Assembly (NCBI GenBank): GCA_025558095.1
Contig: JAIVFI010000006.1
Coordinates: 496,001 to 560,000, forward strand
DNA: 64,000 bases
From: Hyaloraphidium curvatum SAG 235-1
Taxonomy: Eukaryota; Fungi; Monoblepharomycota
Direction of reading: 5' to 3'
The position numbers and the translations under genes are program-made. Within the stretch, counting starts at the first letter, position 1, and the number at the start of each line of letters is the position of its first letter. Shown here one piece after another: positions 1-11,500 of this stretch. The notes beneath the pieces were generated by a model that worked only from the letters and a program-made list of their open reading frames with translations, was not told the origin of the DNA and made no database searches.

Positions 1-34
1 GGCTCCTCCCCGCTCGCACACTCGGTCGCCGTCG

Positions 35-1534
35 ATGGACAGCCATTGGCCCCCGTCTGCCACGAAGAGCCCTTTTATTGCGCTCCAGGAGGAGAATGCC
101 TTGCTCAGGCAAAAGCTGGCCAAGCAGGAAGAGCTGCTCCTGGCCGCGGTCGGGGTCATTGGCAATCTCGAGTCGGAGACGGAGCTCTTGCGGAGCGTCG
201 TGCAGCGGCTTTCGAACGAGCTGGAGGCTGCAATGGCGTCGGAGTCGCGCCCCTTGGAGGTTGCTCCACCGGCGGCGGAGCTCGAGGTGCCGTTGCCCGA
301 GCCACCCGAAATCGAAGAAACCACTGGCGCTGGTCTGGCCGAACCATCCTTCGATCTCGACGCCGTTCCGCCTCCGGAAGAGGAGGAGAGCATCTCTATT
401 GCCGTGGAAATCGCTGGCGAAGATGCCACGACTGATGCGCGGCGTCCCTCTGAACCCCTGCCAGAGCCCGACGGGCTCGAGGCCGAAGTTGGGGTTGAAT
501 CCTTCGGCTTTACGGACTCTGATCGGACTCCTGCGGTGCAAGAGCCAGTGGTGCTCGAACCCTTCGGTTTCATGCTGTCCGATCAAGTCCCGGAGGCGGA
601 AGTTCCGGAGGCGCGAGAGCCTGAGGCGCAAGAGCCCGACGCGGTCGAACCAACCGAGAACGGCGATTGGCAGCTGGATTCCCCGCCCGTTGTCATGGTC
701 GAGGAGGCCGTGGAGGGAGGGTCCGAAGAAGTGGCCGATATTGGTGCCGAGGAGATGCCGGCCGGACTGGAGGAAGAGTCGTTGCGCGTGGATGACGAGT
801 CGGTGCGTTCATTTGGCGAGGTGTACGAGCTATGGACCCCGGACCATGTGGATGTGGAGATGTTTGGCAGCTTGAGTCTTGCCACGGAGAGCAAGACCAT
901 CGAAGCGGCGGTCGTGGCAAAGGTCTCTGAAACGGAGGAAGCGTCTGCCATCGCAGGGAGCGGAATGGTTGTCATGGAAGACAACGTGGTCGAGGCAGAG
1001 ATGGTCTCGCAAGAAGTCGAGGTTTCTGCCGTAATTGAGGACGAAGGGAGCGTGCATGTTCAGGACTCGGCAGCCGTGGACTTGTCTTTTGAGGTCGCGG
1101 GGATGACCCAGCCCGAGAACCTGCTGGACGAAACCCAGCCGGACTTCTTGGTCGAACCCAGCTTCGATGCGAGTGTCGCCGACAGGACGGTCCTTTCGGC
1201 TCTCGACAGCCTCTTCGTCGCACAGGGCGGGCCCGACGCCGACGACGCCGATTTCGACCCAGGCATGCTCCTCGACTCCCTGTCGCCGTTCGAGCGCCTG
1301 CCGTCGGTTCCGAGCTTCCCATTGGACCTGCCGACGGATCTGCCGAGGGCGCCGGACCACGAGCCGGTTTCGCGGGGGCCGACGCCCCAGAGCTCGCCGC
1401 AGCGCAGGGGTTCCACAGCGAGCGCGAACGGGGTGCCGCGCCCAGACTCGCCAGTGAAGAACCCTTCCCCGACCCGGTCGTTCGCAAAGACGGCCACGAT
1501 GGTCACCAAGATCAAGACGCGGCTCGGGGTTTGA
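35..1534 (+). CDS. Hypothetical protein: N-terminal coiled coil followed by a long acidic disordered region
   Basis: 499-aa ATG-to-stop ORF; heptad-like LQEENALLRQKLAKQEELL...LQRLSNELEA-type N-terminus, E/D/P-rich body, basic C-terminus; no family recognised. Confidence 0.6.
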   Translation: MDSHWPPSATKSPFIALQEENALLRQKLAKQEELLLAAVGVIGNLESETELLRSVVQRLSNELEAAMASESRPLEVAPPAAELEVPLPEPPEIEETTGAGLAEPSFDLDAVPPPEEEESISIAVEIAGEDATTDARRPSEPLPEPDGLEAEVGVESFGFTDSDRTPAVQEPVVLEPFGFMLSDQVPEAEVPEAREPEAQEPDAVEPTENGDWQLDSPPVVMVEEAVEGGSEEVADIGAEEMPAGLEEESLRVDDESVRSFGEVYELWTPDHVDVEMFGSLSLATESKTIEAAVVAKVSETEEASAIAGSGMVVMEDNVVEAEMVSQEVEVSAVIEDEGSVHVQDSAAVDLSFEVAGMTQPENLLDETQPDFLVEPSFDASVADRTVLSALDSLFVAQGGPDADDADFDPGMLLDSLSPFERLPSVPSFPLDLPTDLPRAPDHEPVSRGPTPQSSPQRRGSTASANGVPRPDSPVKNPSPTRSFAKTATMVTKIKTRLGV

Positions 1535-1668
1535 GAAGAGGAAGGAAGAGGGGCGACAACGCGGCGCACGGTTGGGGTCTTGTGCCTGGATTGAATGAAA
1601 AAGAGTCTTTTGAACCTCGTGACTATCTACAGTGCCATGGTATAGCCGCCACCCGATGCCACGGGCGC

Positions 1669-3230
1669 TCAATCGCCGGCCGCCCGCTGTTCCGGCAAGT
1701 ACACGTCCCGGATGATGATTTCCGCATCCTCGGGGGAGCAGATCTGCTCCAGCTGGTGCCTCTTCTCCTCGATCTCCTCCTCCGTCCAGTCCCGGCTGCG
1801 GAGCTTGATTATCTGCGCGGGCTCCTGCTGCTGCGGTTCGTCCTTTGCCTTGTCGTGACCCTGCCGACCGGTTTCGTCAGCCGTTGGCGCCAAATCAGCT
1901 CGCAGCTGCCCCCCACCTTTGCTCTCCGCTTCTTGAACCGCATCGTGGCGTGGATCATCGAATACAAAGCCGCGGCGCCGCCCTTTTCGCCGCGGATCGC
2001 GAGCGCGAAACGCCGATTCCGGACGTCCTTGGAATACTCGAACCCGTAGTTCCGCACGTGGCTGTAGTCGTACTCCTGGAGAACGAAACCGATGAGGCAG
2101 CCGACAGGGCAGATCTTGGGTGACTACCCACCTCGTCCTCGAGCTCGAAGTCGAACTTCCGTTTCTGCAGCAGCTTGGAGAAGCTCTCCTCCGTCGGCAG
2201 GTACATGCACGCAAAATCCGACTCGAGGTAGTAGATCGCCTCCTGGACCCTGAGCACCTCGGGATCCTCCTCGTCCGGTATCGCCGCGTCCTTGGCGTCC
2301 GCGCCGACCCGGATCTCCCGCCCCGTGGGGTCGTCGTGGAAGACCGTGTGGATGTAGTTGTTGGTCCAGTTCTCAAAGTCCGGGAACACGGGGATGGCCT
2401 CGACGGCCGTGACGTGCGGCTTGCGCTCGTGCCGCAGCTCCTCCAGCCGCGCCGTCTTTTGCTGCACGCGGTCAAAGGTGCGCCGGATGGCGGAGAGCTG
2501 GCCCGCGGGGGTGCGATCCAGCGGGCGGGAAAAAGCCTCGTTGGCAACGGAGAGGCCCATTCTGGAAGAGGGAAGCCGTCAGTGGGGGCAGATGCCGAGC
2601 GGGTGGGGGGAACCAACTGTGACTCGACCGACGTCTTGGTGGTCCCGAACACACGGCTCTCGTTCGAGATGTACTGCGTGGCGCGGAGAAAGACGTCGTT
2701 CCGTTTCCCGCTGAGGCCCGTGACGGCCTTTGGCAGCGCCATGCCCTCGTCGGGGTGCCACAGCAGCGCGCGGTCCGCCTCGTGCAGCTCCGCCTCGGGC
2801 ACCGGGTTCCCCGAGTCTGCAGGCCGGGCGGCAGTCATCAGAGGATACCCACAGGCGAGCTGGACGGCCACGCACCCAGGCCCTTGCCCTTCTCTGCCAG
2901 CTCGCGGTCGAACACGCCCATCTCGATCATGTCGACCGGCATGCCCAGCTCCGCGTCCGTCGGCAGCACGTCCGTTGTCTGCAGCGCGGCCACTGCGCGC
3001 GCATCGTAGCGGAACGCGGCGTCGGGTGCGATCGGCGCGGCGAGCAGCTTCGGCGCGAACGGCGGCGGCGGCAGCGCGTTTGTGAAGGAGAGCGCGTACG
3101 CGAAGTCGTAGCCGGGTTTCTTGGCGGGCGGCTTCGCGGCGGGCTTCGCCGGCCGCGACGACGACGTCGGCGGCCGCGAGGAGGAGTGCGGAGGCCCGGG
3201 CGGAGGCCGGCGCGGCGCGGACGCCGACAT
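1669..3230 (-). CDS. PAF1: RNA polymerase II-associated factor Paf1 (multi-exon)
   Basis: Exon fragments in several frames: FTNALPPPPFAPKLL, ELGMPVDMI, LHEADRALL, FLRATQYISNE, QLSAIRRTF, VTAVEAIPVFPDF; ATG at 3230; GT-AG introns join the frames. Confidence 0.85.
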
Positions 3231-3377
3231 CGTGGGGGCGGTCTGCCTGGTCGCGGGCGACGCTGTGACGCGGCGCCAAACACCAGGGACGCCCACTGAC
3301 TCCGACGTACACCGAACCGGCAAATCGCCACGGGGGCCCCTTGATACTATGTCCCGATGGCCCGTCTTCCCCCATCG

Positions 3378-4532
3378 ATGGGCCCCATAACCATTGACCT
3401 GCGGACCGTGCTGGCCTTGCTTCTTCTGCATGCTTTCTTCTTCACCGCTTTCCCGCATGCGACGCACACAGGCTCGAGCCTCTCCCGCCAATGCTCTGGA
3501 TTCGGACGCAAAGTCGACGTCTTTGTCGTCGCCGCGCACGATGCGATGCCAATGCTCGAGGCGTTGATCCGATCCCTGAACCTTTTCATGCCGTGCCGCG
3601 GCACCCTGCATATCTTTGCGGACGAACCCGACCTCGCCCGCGTGCAGGTGTGGGCTGCCGGAGCCACGCTGGGCAACGCTGTGATTCGACCTTTTGTCGC
3701 CCCGCCGTCGTTCAGCGATGTGGAGGGCTACGTCCTGCAATCTTGGTTCATGTTCTACGCGGACAAGTACGTCAGCCCTACTGCAGAGTACGTCATGTTT
3801 ATGGACACCGATTCTCTTCTATCGTTGCCGGTCACAAAGAAGGCGCTGATGACCTCTGACGGCAAGCTCTACCTGCCCGGCTGGGATCTCAAAACCGCAA
3901 CCCAGTTCTACGCCCCCTGCAGACATTTCCTAGGATCTGGATGCGGTACCAACTTCATGGCCTACTTTCCGTTTTCCATGCCAAAGAGCTCGTTCGCGCG
4001 ATTGCGTGCGGCCATCGAGGCGCACACGAAAACGGACTTTGACACTGCTTTTCTGCACTGGCACGCCTCAAAGTCACCGGCCCAACGCCGCACATTCTCC
4101 CAGTTCTTCATCATGGGGAACTACATGGTGGAATTCGAGCCCGACCGGGTGGAACACATCCACTGCCCGCACGTGACCGCCCTCAAGGACACCGATGCGT
4201 GCAGGCACTACGTCCATCCAGGCTTCCACTACGGCTGGCGGACCTGCCAGTACGTCGGGTCCTGCCGCGCCGGCCACTACCAGATCCACGTCGGCGACGG
4301 CAAGGTCTTCACCCACAAGCTCAGCATGGAGCTGATGAAGTACCACGAGGAGGTCCTCATGTACGGTTACTGCCTCGCATGGCGCCTGAAGAACCCCAGG
4401 GCGGAGGATGCCGAGATTCCGGGCGGATGCACGCAGGACATGTTCTATTTTGTCCATTCGGAGGCACTGACTTACCCCAAGCTGCCGCAAGACTTCAGCT
4501 TTATCAAGGAACGCTTTACCCCAGACTACTAG
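3378..4532 (+). CDS. Putative type II membrane/secreted glycosyltransferase-like (GT-A, DxD) protein, intronless
   Basis: N-terminal hydrophobic stretch (VLALLLLHAFFF); GYVLQSWFMFYADKY...EYVMFMDTDSLL with a DxD-like motif; single ORF. Confidence 0.55.
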   Translation: MGPITIDLRTVLALLLLHAFFFTAFPHATHTGSSLSRQCSGFGRKVDVFVVAAHDAMPMLEALIRSLNLFMPCRGTLHIFADEPDLARVQVWAAGATLGNAVIRPFVAPPSFSDVEGYVLQSWFMFYADKYVSPTAEYVMFMDTDSLLSLPVTKKALMTSDGKLYLPGWDLKTATQFYAPCRHFLGSGCGTNFMAYFPFSMPKSSFARLRAAIEAHTKTDFDTAFLHWHASKSPAQRRTFSQFFIMGNYMVEFEPDRVEHIHCPHVTALKDTDACRHYVHPGFHYGWRTCQYVGSCRAGHYQIHVGDGKVFTHKLSMELMKYHEEVLMYGYCLAWRLKNPRAEDAEIPGGCTQDMFYFVHSEALTYPKLPQDFSFIKERFTPDY

Positions 4533-4717
4533 ACTGCTAGAATGTCTGTCTAGATCGATCATGACTCGATTGCCTGCCGCGCGTCCATATTTCTGACGGC
4601 CAATTTGCCGCGGATGCTGTCGGGTCGTCTAGGGGCGGCGGAGGCAGTCAGGGGGAGCCGCGATCGAAACAGCGGGACGAAACCCCGAACCCCTGGCCAG
4701 GCCCAGCATCTCGCGCA

Positions 4718-6832
4718 ATGAAGCCCGAGCGCCCGTCGCTCTCACGCACTGCCGCGCTCCGGAGCGACGCGTCGCCGACCTTGGTGACTCCGCGCGCCGG
4801 GGAGGTCGGGACACTGCCCCATTCGACCTCGAAGCTCCTCCGCAAATCTTCTGTGATTTCGAAGCGATTGGCCCAGCTATCGTTGAATGGGACCCCGAGC
4901 GGCGCGGAACCTGCCCTTTCCGATGGAGATTCCGCGTCATCGGACACGGAGGACGTGCCTGAGGTCCCTGCCGAGCTCGACTTTCCGGACCCGATCATCC
5001 CCCACCCTGGTTACCTTGACGAACGAGGGCCCGAAAGCAAGGAGCCGGACTACCTCCAGTTGATCCTTAACGCCAAGGTATACGACGTTGCCAAGGAAAC
5101 TGCGCTGCACTACGCGCCGCGCTTGAGCGACAAGCTCGGGAACCGCATCTATCTCAAGAGGGAGGATACGCAGCCCGTATTCAGCTTCAAGGTCCGCGGG
5201 GCGTACAACCGAATGTTTCATTTGTCTCCCGCGGAGAAGAAGCGCGGCGTCTCGTGCGTATCGGCGGGCAACCACGCGCAGGGGGTGGCCCTCGCGGCGA
5301 AGCGACTCGGCGTCAGGGCTTCCATCTTCATGGTGATTCCATTTGCTGCAGCCCCTACTCAGTTCAATCCCCTAATTTGGCCTCCTTTCGCCAGCCCACG
5401 ACCGCCCCATTAATAAAGGCGAGACTTTCGCGCTTCGCCGAGCTTGCGATGTACTTACTTGGCGCATCAAGGTCGACAACGTCCGACGGGTGGGAGGGGA
5501 CTGCGTCGAAATCATCATGATCGGCTCTTCTTTCGACGAGTGCAAGCGGGAATGCCTGCGCGTTACGAAGGAGAAGGGTCTCGTCTTCATTCCCCCTTTC
5601 GATGACCCTTACGTGGTCGCCGGCCAGGTTTGCTCGAATCCTGTTACACCTTTCGAATGCTCACAGTGCTTCCGGCCGCCAGGGCACCATTGGGCTCGAG
5701 ATCCTGAAGCAGATCGACAGCGAGCGGCTGGACGCGGTATTCGTGAGTGTCGGCGGCGGGGGTCTGATCGCCGGAGTCGCGGCCTTCATCAAGCGCGTGC
5801 GGCCCGAAGTCCGTGTGATCGGCGTGAACACGGTGGATAGCGACGCGATGCTGCAGGGGCTCCGGCTCGGGGAGAACATCAAGCTAGACAAGGTCGGCAT
5901 ATTCAGCGACGGAACAGCCGTCGCCCAGGTCGGCGTGGAGACTCTTCGCCTCGCGAAGAAGTACGTCGACGACATGGTGACTTGCGGCACAGACGAGATT
6001 TGCTCGGCGATCCAGTTCGTGTTTGAGGGTGAGTAACACTGCAACACTGTGTGCAGTGTGAAACTTAGCCACTGTTCGTCTAGACACGCGAGCCGTGCTG
6101 GAGCCCAGCGGTGGCCTCGCCGTCGCCGGGATGATCAAGTACCTGAAGGCGAATCCCCAGCTAAAGGGAGGCACGTTCGTGGCGATCCTGTGCGGCGCCA
6201 ACATCCCGTTCGATCGCCTGCGCTTCGTCACGGAGCGCGCGCGCTGGGGTTCCGGAGACGAGGCGCTGATCGGATGCATCATCCCCGAGCGCCGCGGCGC
6301 GGTCTTTGCGATGCTGCGGCTCATGAAGAAGTCGTGCCACATAGTGGGCATTACTTACCGCTACAGCGAATACCCGGAAAGCATCGCCCGCGTGTTCCTC
6401 GGCTTCCAGATCAGGCCTGACGCGGGATACCCCGACGGCCCGACAGGCGTCAAGGACGTGCTTCAGAAGCTGCAGGAAAGCGATGCGACAGTGGAAGTTA
6501 TGGACCTCACGGGCGATGAGCTCGCAAAGACCCACGTGCGGCACATCCTCGGCGCACCAAGATCGCCATCGACCGAGCGCCTATTCTCCTTCCACTTTGT
6601 CGAAGTTCCCGGGGCCTTCTTCGACTTTGTGGCCGAGATCGACCGGCTCGAGTGGAATTTGTCGCTGGTGCAGTACCGCGCCAGTGCTGGGGATCTCGGA
6701 TACGTCCTTGTAGGGGTGATTTTGGAAGATGGTGAGACGGAGGCGTTCGAGGCTTTCCTGGAAGAGGTTGGACAAAAGTACCCCTGGAAAGAAGTCACGA
6801 ACTGGACCGTCGTCGAAAAGTTCATGCGTTAA
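4718..6832 (+). CDS. ILV1: Biosynthetic threonine dehydratase (PLP enzyme with C-terminal regulatory domains)
   Basis: [19 protein letters not shown] (PLP lysine), [63 protein letters not shown]; 4 introns including a GC-AG intron (5419-5471). Confidence 0.95.
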
Positions 6833-6901
6833 ACACAAGACAGCTGTATCTAGTAGTCTTTATCACACACACATTCGTGGCTTTGTCGAGTTCTCACTAC
6901 G

Positions 6902-7759
6902 CTACGCTGTAACTGGCATCCGCTCAAACTCGGGCCCCAGAGGCGCAATGGTGTCCTCGGGAGCACCATAGCGCTCCTCTGCCCACACATTTGCTCTACG
7001 GTGGTAGCCTCGCACTAAGAGAGTTGATGCTCAGTCAATCACGCCGAGTCAAGCGAAGCCGCGCCCACCTTCCCAGAAGCCCGGGGCGTCTTCTTCCGCA
7101 AAGGTGACGGTCGTAAGCCATTTTGCTGACTTCCACAGGTAAAGGTGCGGGAAAAGGATGCGCACAGTGCCGTGCTCGATCGGTATCGGGATCTGGCCGT
7201 CCAGTCCGTAAACGAGATAAACGTCCGCGCGCTCCACATCCTTTCGGGGCAGATTCGTGGTGTACCCTTCAACGGTTGCCTCATAGAGGAACTGCCAATT
7301 GGGCGGGATGATGGAGCGGCACCTTTCGATGATCTTGCTGAACGGGACCCCAATCCACTCCACATCCAGGGCGCTCCACGTCGTGACACAGTGCACGTCG
7401 CACACGTACGACTCTTCACCGAGCGCCCTGATGTCAGCGAGGCTCAGCTCGATAGCCCCCAGCTTGGACGTCACTTTGAGCTTCCAAGTTGCCATGTCGA
7501 TCACCGGCCGGTGCCCCAGGTCCAGCACCTGGAAGCGGCGAGACAGGTGGTTCCCGGGGGGGATACGAGGGTTCTCCTGCGACGTATGGGCGCCGGCCTC
7601 CGGCTCGATCTTCCGGAAGGTCTTCTTCTTCTGGGTCTGCGCATCCTTCTCTTTGCGGTCAATCTCCCTCTGGGCCTTTGCATCGATAGCCAGCTGGGCC
7701 GGTTCTTCCGGCGGGGCGACATCGTCCTCGGGAAACGCTCCGGGAATAGAGGACGACAT
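6902..7759 (-). CDS. Minimal sulfite oxidase-family molybdopterin-binding oxidoreductase (bacterial YuiH-like)
   Basis: PPGNHL, DVHCVTTWS (Mo-ligand Cys), YTTNLP, EHGTVRILFPHLYLWKSAKWL, PGFWE|VRGYHRRANVWAEERY; intron 7015-7068 completes the conserved C-terminus. Confidence 0.85.
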
Positions 7760-7903
7760 TGTGCGGCCGACTTCTGCTTTGCGCTCTAGCCAAAGAAAGA
7801 CGGGCTGACCGTCTCGGGCCAACCGCGTGGATAAGAGGTGTGGCAAGCGTCCGTCCAAAGGATTATTGTGCACACCGGACGAGCGTTCACACAATCGGTA
7901 GCC

Positions 7904-8405
7904 ATGATTATCCCCGTGGTGAGTACTCTAGAGGCGACGGACATGCTTGTGTCTGTCGTGGGCGGTCGAGGGGAGTTCGGCAGAGCTCTGACGTCCACCT
8001 GCCCCCTTTCGCGATTGCTCTCGCAGCGCTGTTTCTCGTGCGGAAAGGGTGCGTTGTACCCTGTTGTCGATCAGGATCTTTGCTAAAGGCTTTATTGTCT
8101 GTTGCTCATCGCGTCGTGGGGGCTGCTTCGTGGTTCACAGTCCTCGGGGACAAGTGGGAGGCCTACCTCGAGTACATCGCCACGGACGTCTACAAAGATG
8201 ATCCGACGGTCGATGGCTCTTCCGAGGGGTGCGTTTGTTATGCTGCGTGGTTTTACTGTCGACCGGGCCATCTCATGTGGTCCTCGCCTGTTCCTTCAGC
8301 CGCGCTCTGGATCGCCTCGGCCTGACGCGGTACTGCTGCCGGCGAATGATCCTCACACACGTGGACCTCATCGAGAAGCTGCTGCACTACAGCGCAAAGA
8401 GCTGA
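7904..8405 (+). CDS. RPB10: DNA-directed RNA polymerases I/II/III subunit RPABC5 (4 exons)
   Basis: Spliced: MIIPV|RCFSCGK|[12 protein letters not shown]...SSEG|[34 protein letters not shown]; diagnostic CxxC and RYCCRRM motifs; not present as one ORF in the track. Confidence 0.95.
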
Positions 8406-8524
8406 GCTCGACAACACGGACGTTACAGAGTCAGAGACGATACCCATCACCAATTGTAGACTCTCAATCAAACGCTTTGTCACATGGTATCTGCAGTTGC
8501 CGGGTTCCTTGGTATCGAATCGGG

Positions 8525-11500
8525 TCAATTCCCCTTCTCCTTCGTCGCCGCACTGGTATCTGGCGGAGAAGGGCCGACCACGGCATCGGCGACCTCGGCC
8601 GGGCCGTCGATTCGCCGCACAGTCCGCCTGGAGACGGGCCCGTCACCCTGCGAGCTCCCGCTCCGAGGCATCACGAATTCGAAAGCACCCGAAGGAACGC
8701 CGTTGACAGGTGTGCGGGCACCGTCGGGTTCGCGAGGTCCGCCACCGATTCTGTCCAGGATCTTCTGGAGCTCCGCCTGGAGCGCCTCCTGGCTCGTCGT
8801 CCTTTCGCGGCGCGGGCGTGGCCGGCGGCCAGCAAACGCCACGTGGCACGCCGAATCGCCAAAGTCGAAGCAGAAGCCGCATGTTTCGTCGTTGGCGTCC
8901 GTAACGGGCAAAACCGTCCTCACAGTGAGAACCGGTGGCGCGCCGGCGAGCATGGAGTCCAAATCCTCGGATTCCTTCTTTCGGTCACTGGCCGAACGCA
9001 CCGTCTCTGCGGTCTCGTCCCTCACAACGAGCTCTCCGGAATCGTGGGCACCGTCGGCGTCGATGCGGCAACCCAGGCCCCGCAGGCGGTCAGGGGCAGC
9101 ATAGACCGACTTTGCGATCGGCACTTTGAGCGCCCCGCGGCCCAGGCTGTCGACCGAGCTCCCCGCACCCGGACCGGTGACGTCCACGCCCCAAGCCTCC
9201 CAGACCCACACACCGCTGGAAACGGGAGGCGAAGCATCCTCGCGGCGGAATAGGTCGTAGAAGGACGAAGTTCTGGGGGCGTCGGTGGCCAGCGAGACCC
9301 TCCTCCTGCGAAGCCCCACGATCATCCCGAGATCAGGCAATCCAGCGATGGCCGAACATCCGAGCTGATCCATGGAGCCGAAAAGTACCGCTCGCGCGAC
9401 TAGCGTTTCCGGAGATGGTGTCTCGAACGTTGCCATAGGCACGTCTGCCGGTGGTGTTTCTGCTACCGGCGAGGCGTTCATCGCCAACGGCGGCCGCTGG
9501 AGCATCATCGGCGTTATGTTGACAAGCGGAGAAGGCACCGAGGGCGCCGTGATCCGCCGATGGTGGGTGGCGACCTTGATCGGCGCCAGGGGAGGCGTCG
9601 CGGAGCGGTGGCTCCACGGGCCCGCCGCCTTGAAAAGCAGCGGATCGTCCGGCTCCGTCGCCCGCGACGAGGAGCGCGACGACTCGCGCCGCCTCGACGG
9701 TGCGCGCTCGATCGACACCCGCCAAAAGACGCAGCTGTTGTCCGCCTGCCTCCGCGCGAGCACGACCGCAGTCTCGCGTTCCTCCAACGGCACAGCAGCC
9801 ATGCGAGGCGCCCTGGAAAATCCACCCTGCCCCGACTGCTGCGGCTCGATCGTGCAGAGCACGTAAGGTTCGGATGCCCCAGAGGTATCCCAGAGCCGAA
9901 TCGTCCCATCCTCGTACAGCACCGCCACAAGGAGCGCGCTGGACGGCCGCGAGATCGAAAGGCATTCGACCTGGAGCACCGATTTGAGACCTGCGCCCCA
10001 TCCGGACGCCCGCCGCGGCACCCGATCTTGCGCAGACACGCCCGTCAGGTACCGCTCCAGAGCGCCGTCTGCAAATCCGACGACCAAGCATCCTGCCTCC
10101 TTGCTGTATGCTGCGGCCGTCACCTTCCCCGATCCTCTGGGCGGCACCGACCCTGCAGCGACCAGCGCATCCCCGCTGCGTTCCCAGACCGCCACCTCCC
10201 CGCCGGCCGACACCGACAGCAGCTCCACCGCCCCGGCCCCGGCCGGTAGAATCTCCAGGTGCACGATCGGCTCCGCCCGTTCCACTGGCCCGGACACCCA
10301 CTGCTCCCCGACTTCCCCGTCCGCACCGAGTGCGACCAGCCACACCCTCCCGTCCGCCCTCCCCAGCGCCAGATGGTCGCCCTCCCCCGACGCACGCACG
10401 CACGTCACGTCCACCGCGCTCTGCAGCGCCGTCCCCTCCCCGACGCAGACCGTGCGGCGGTCCTTGGACCTGACGAAGGGCAGTCCGGCGGGGGTGGGAG
10501 AACCCGAGAGGAGGCAGACGTCCCCGAGGAGGTCGTGCTCCGTGTCGGTCAGCCCAGGCAGGCGGCACGCGACCTGCGTGACGATCCAAGGGCGGTCCAG
10601 GACCTCGCGCGCGGGCGCAGGGCCGGCGGCGCGGGGCTGCTCGGATTCCCACCCGCCCGGCCCGCAGACGGTCGCCTGTTCCGCTGCCTGTTTCGCCGCG
10701 AGAGGGCTTTTGGCAGCGTCGGCGCGCGGGCGGAGCCAATCCATGCCCGCCGAAAGCACGCCGAAGCCCCAGGCGGAGGTGAGCCACCGGTGGAGCAGAT
10801 TGGTCCAGCAGACAAAGATGAAGGTCAGGCAGAGCAGCGCCGCGACGATCGGCAGGGTGGTCCTCGCCGCGCGCGGAAAGCGTCTCCCCCTTGGCGCCGC
10901 TGACTCGGCGGCGAGCTCCGCGCCCCGCTGCTGTGCCCGCCGCAAAGCCTCGTCGAACCCCGGGATCGCGTCCGCCGCCGGCGGCTCCCCGGAAAACGTG
11001 AGCGTTTCGGTCCACTCGATCGCGCGGTAGCCGTGTAGGAAAGGGTGCAGGCGCTCGCCCAGGGGCTCGAGGACAGCGTCGATCGCCTCGTGCGAGTAGG
11101 CCGCGCCGTCGCCGGCGCCGTAGGGCGAAAAGACCGACATGGCCGGGCGGTAGGAGTTCTTGGCGAGGAGGTCGACAAAGAGGAAGCCCCCGAAGAGGGC
11201 GAGGAACACGATCTGTGGGCACAACACACCGTCTGAGTACGACCACGGCCTGCTCAGCGGAAGGACGCGCCCACCAGCACGTATCGCATGACCGTCGTCC
11301 TCTGCTGGAAGCTCTTTGCCGCCACCTTTTCCCTGGCCAGCTTGGCGTTGACTTCGGCCGCCTTGACCTGCGCCTCGCTAGGGGCCCGCTTGACCCCCAC
11401 GTGCGGCGGCCCCGCGGGCGCCTGCAGGTCCGCGGCCGAGCTCTGCCGGATGATCTCGGCCACGCGGCGGTGCGACAGGTCCGCGAGCTCGAGGCGGCGC

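Noticed and set aside
4530-4553. ARM codons after the stop of the glycosyltransferase-like gene
   Set aside because: Readthrough would give TARMSV-stop, so ARM is not terminal. The same GCTAGAATGT string follows the ICL stop, which is a caution for that finding
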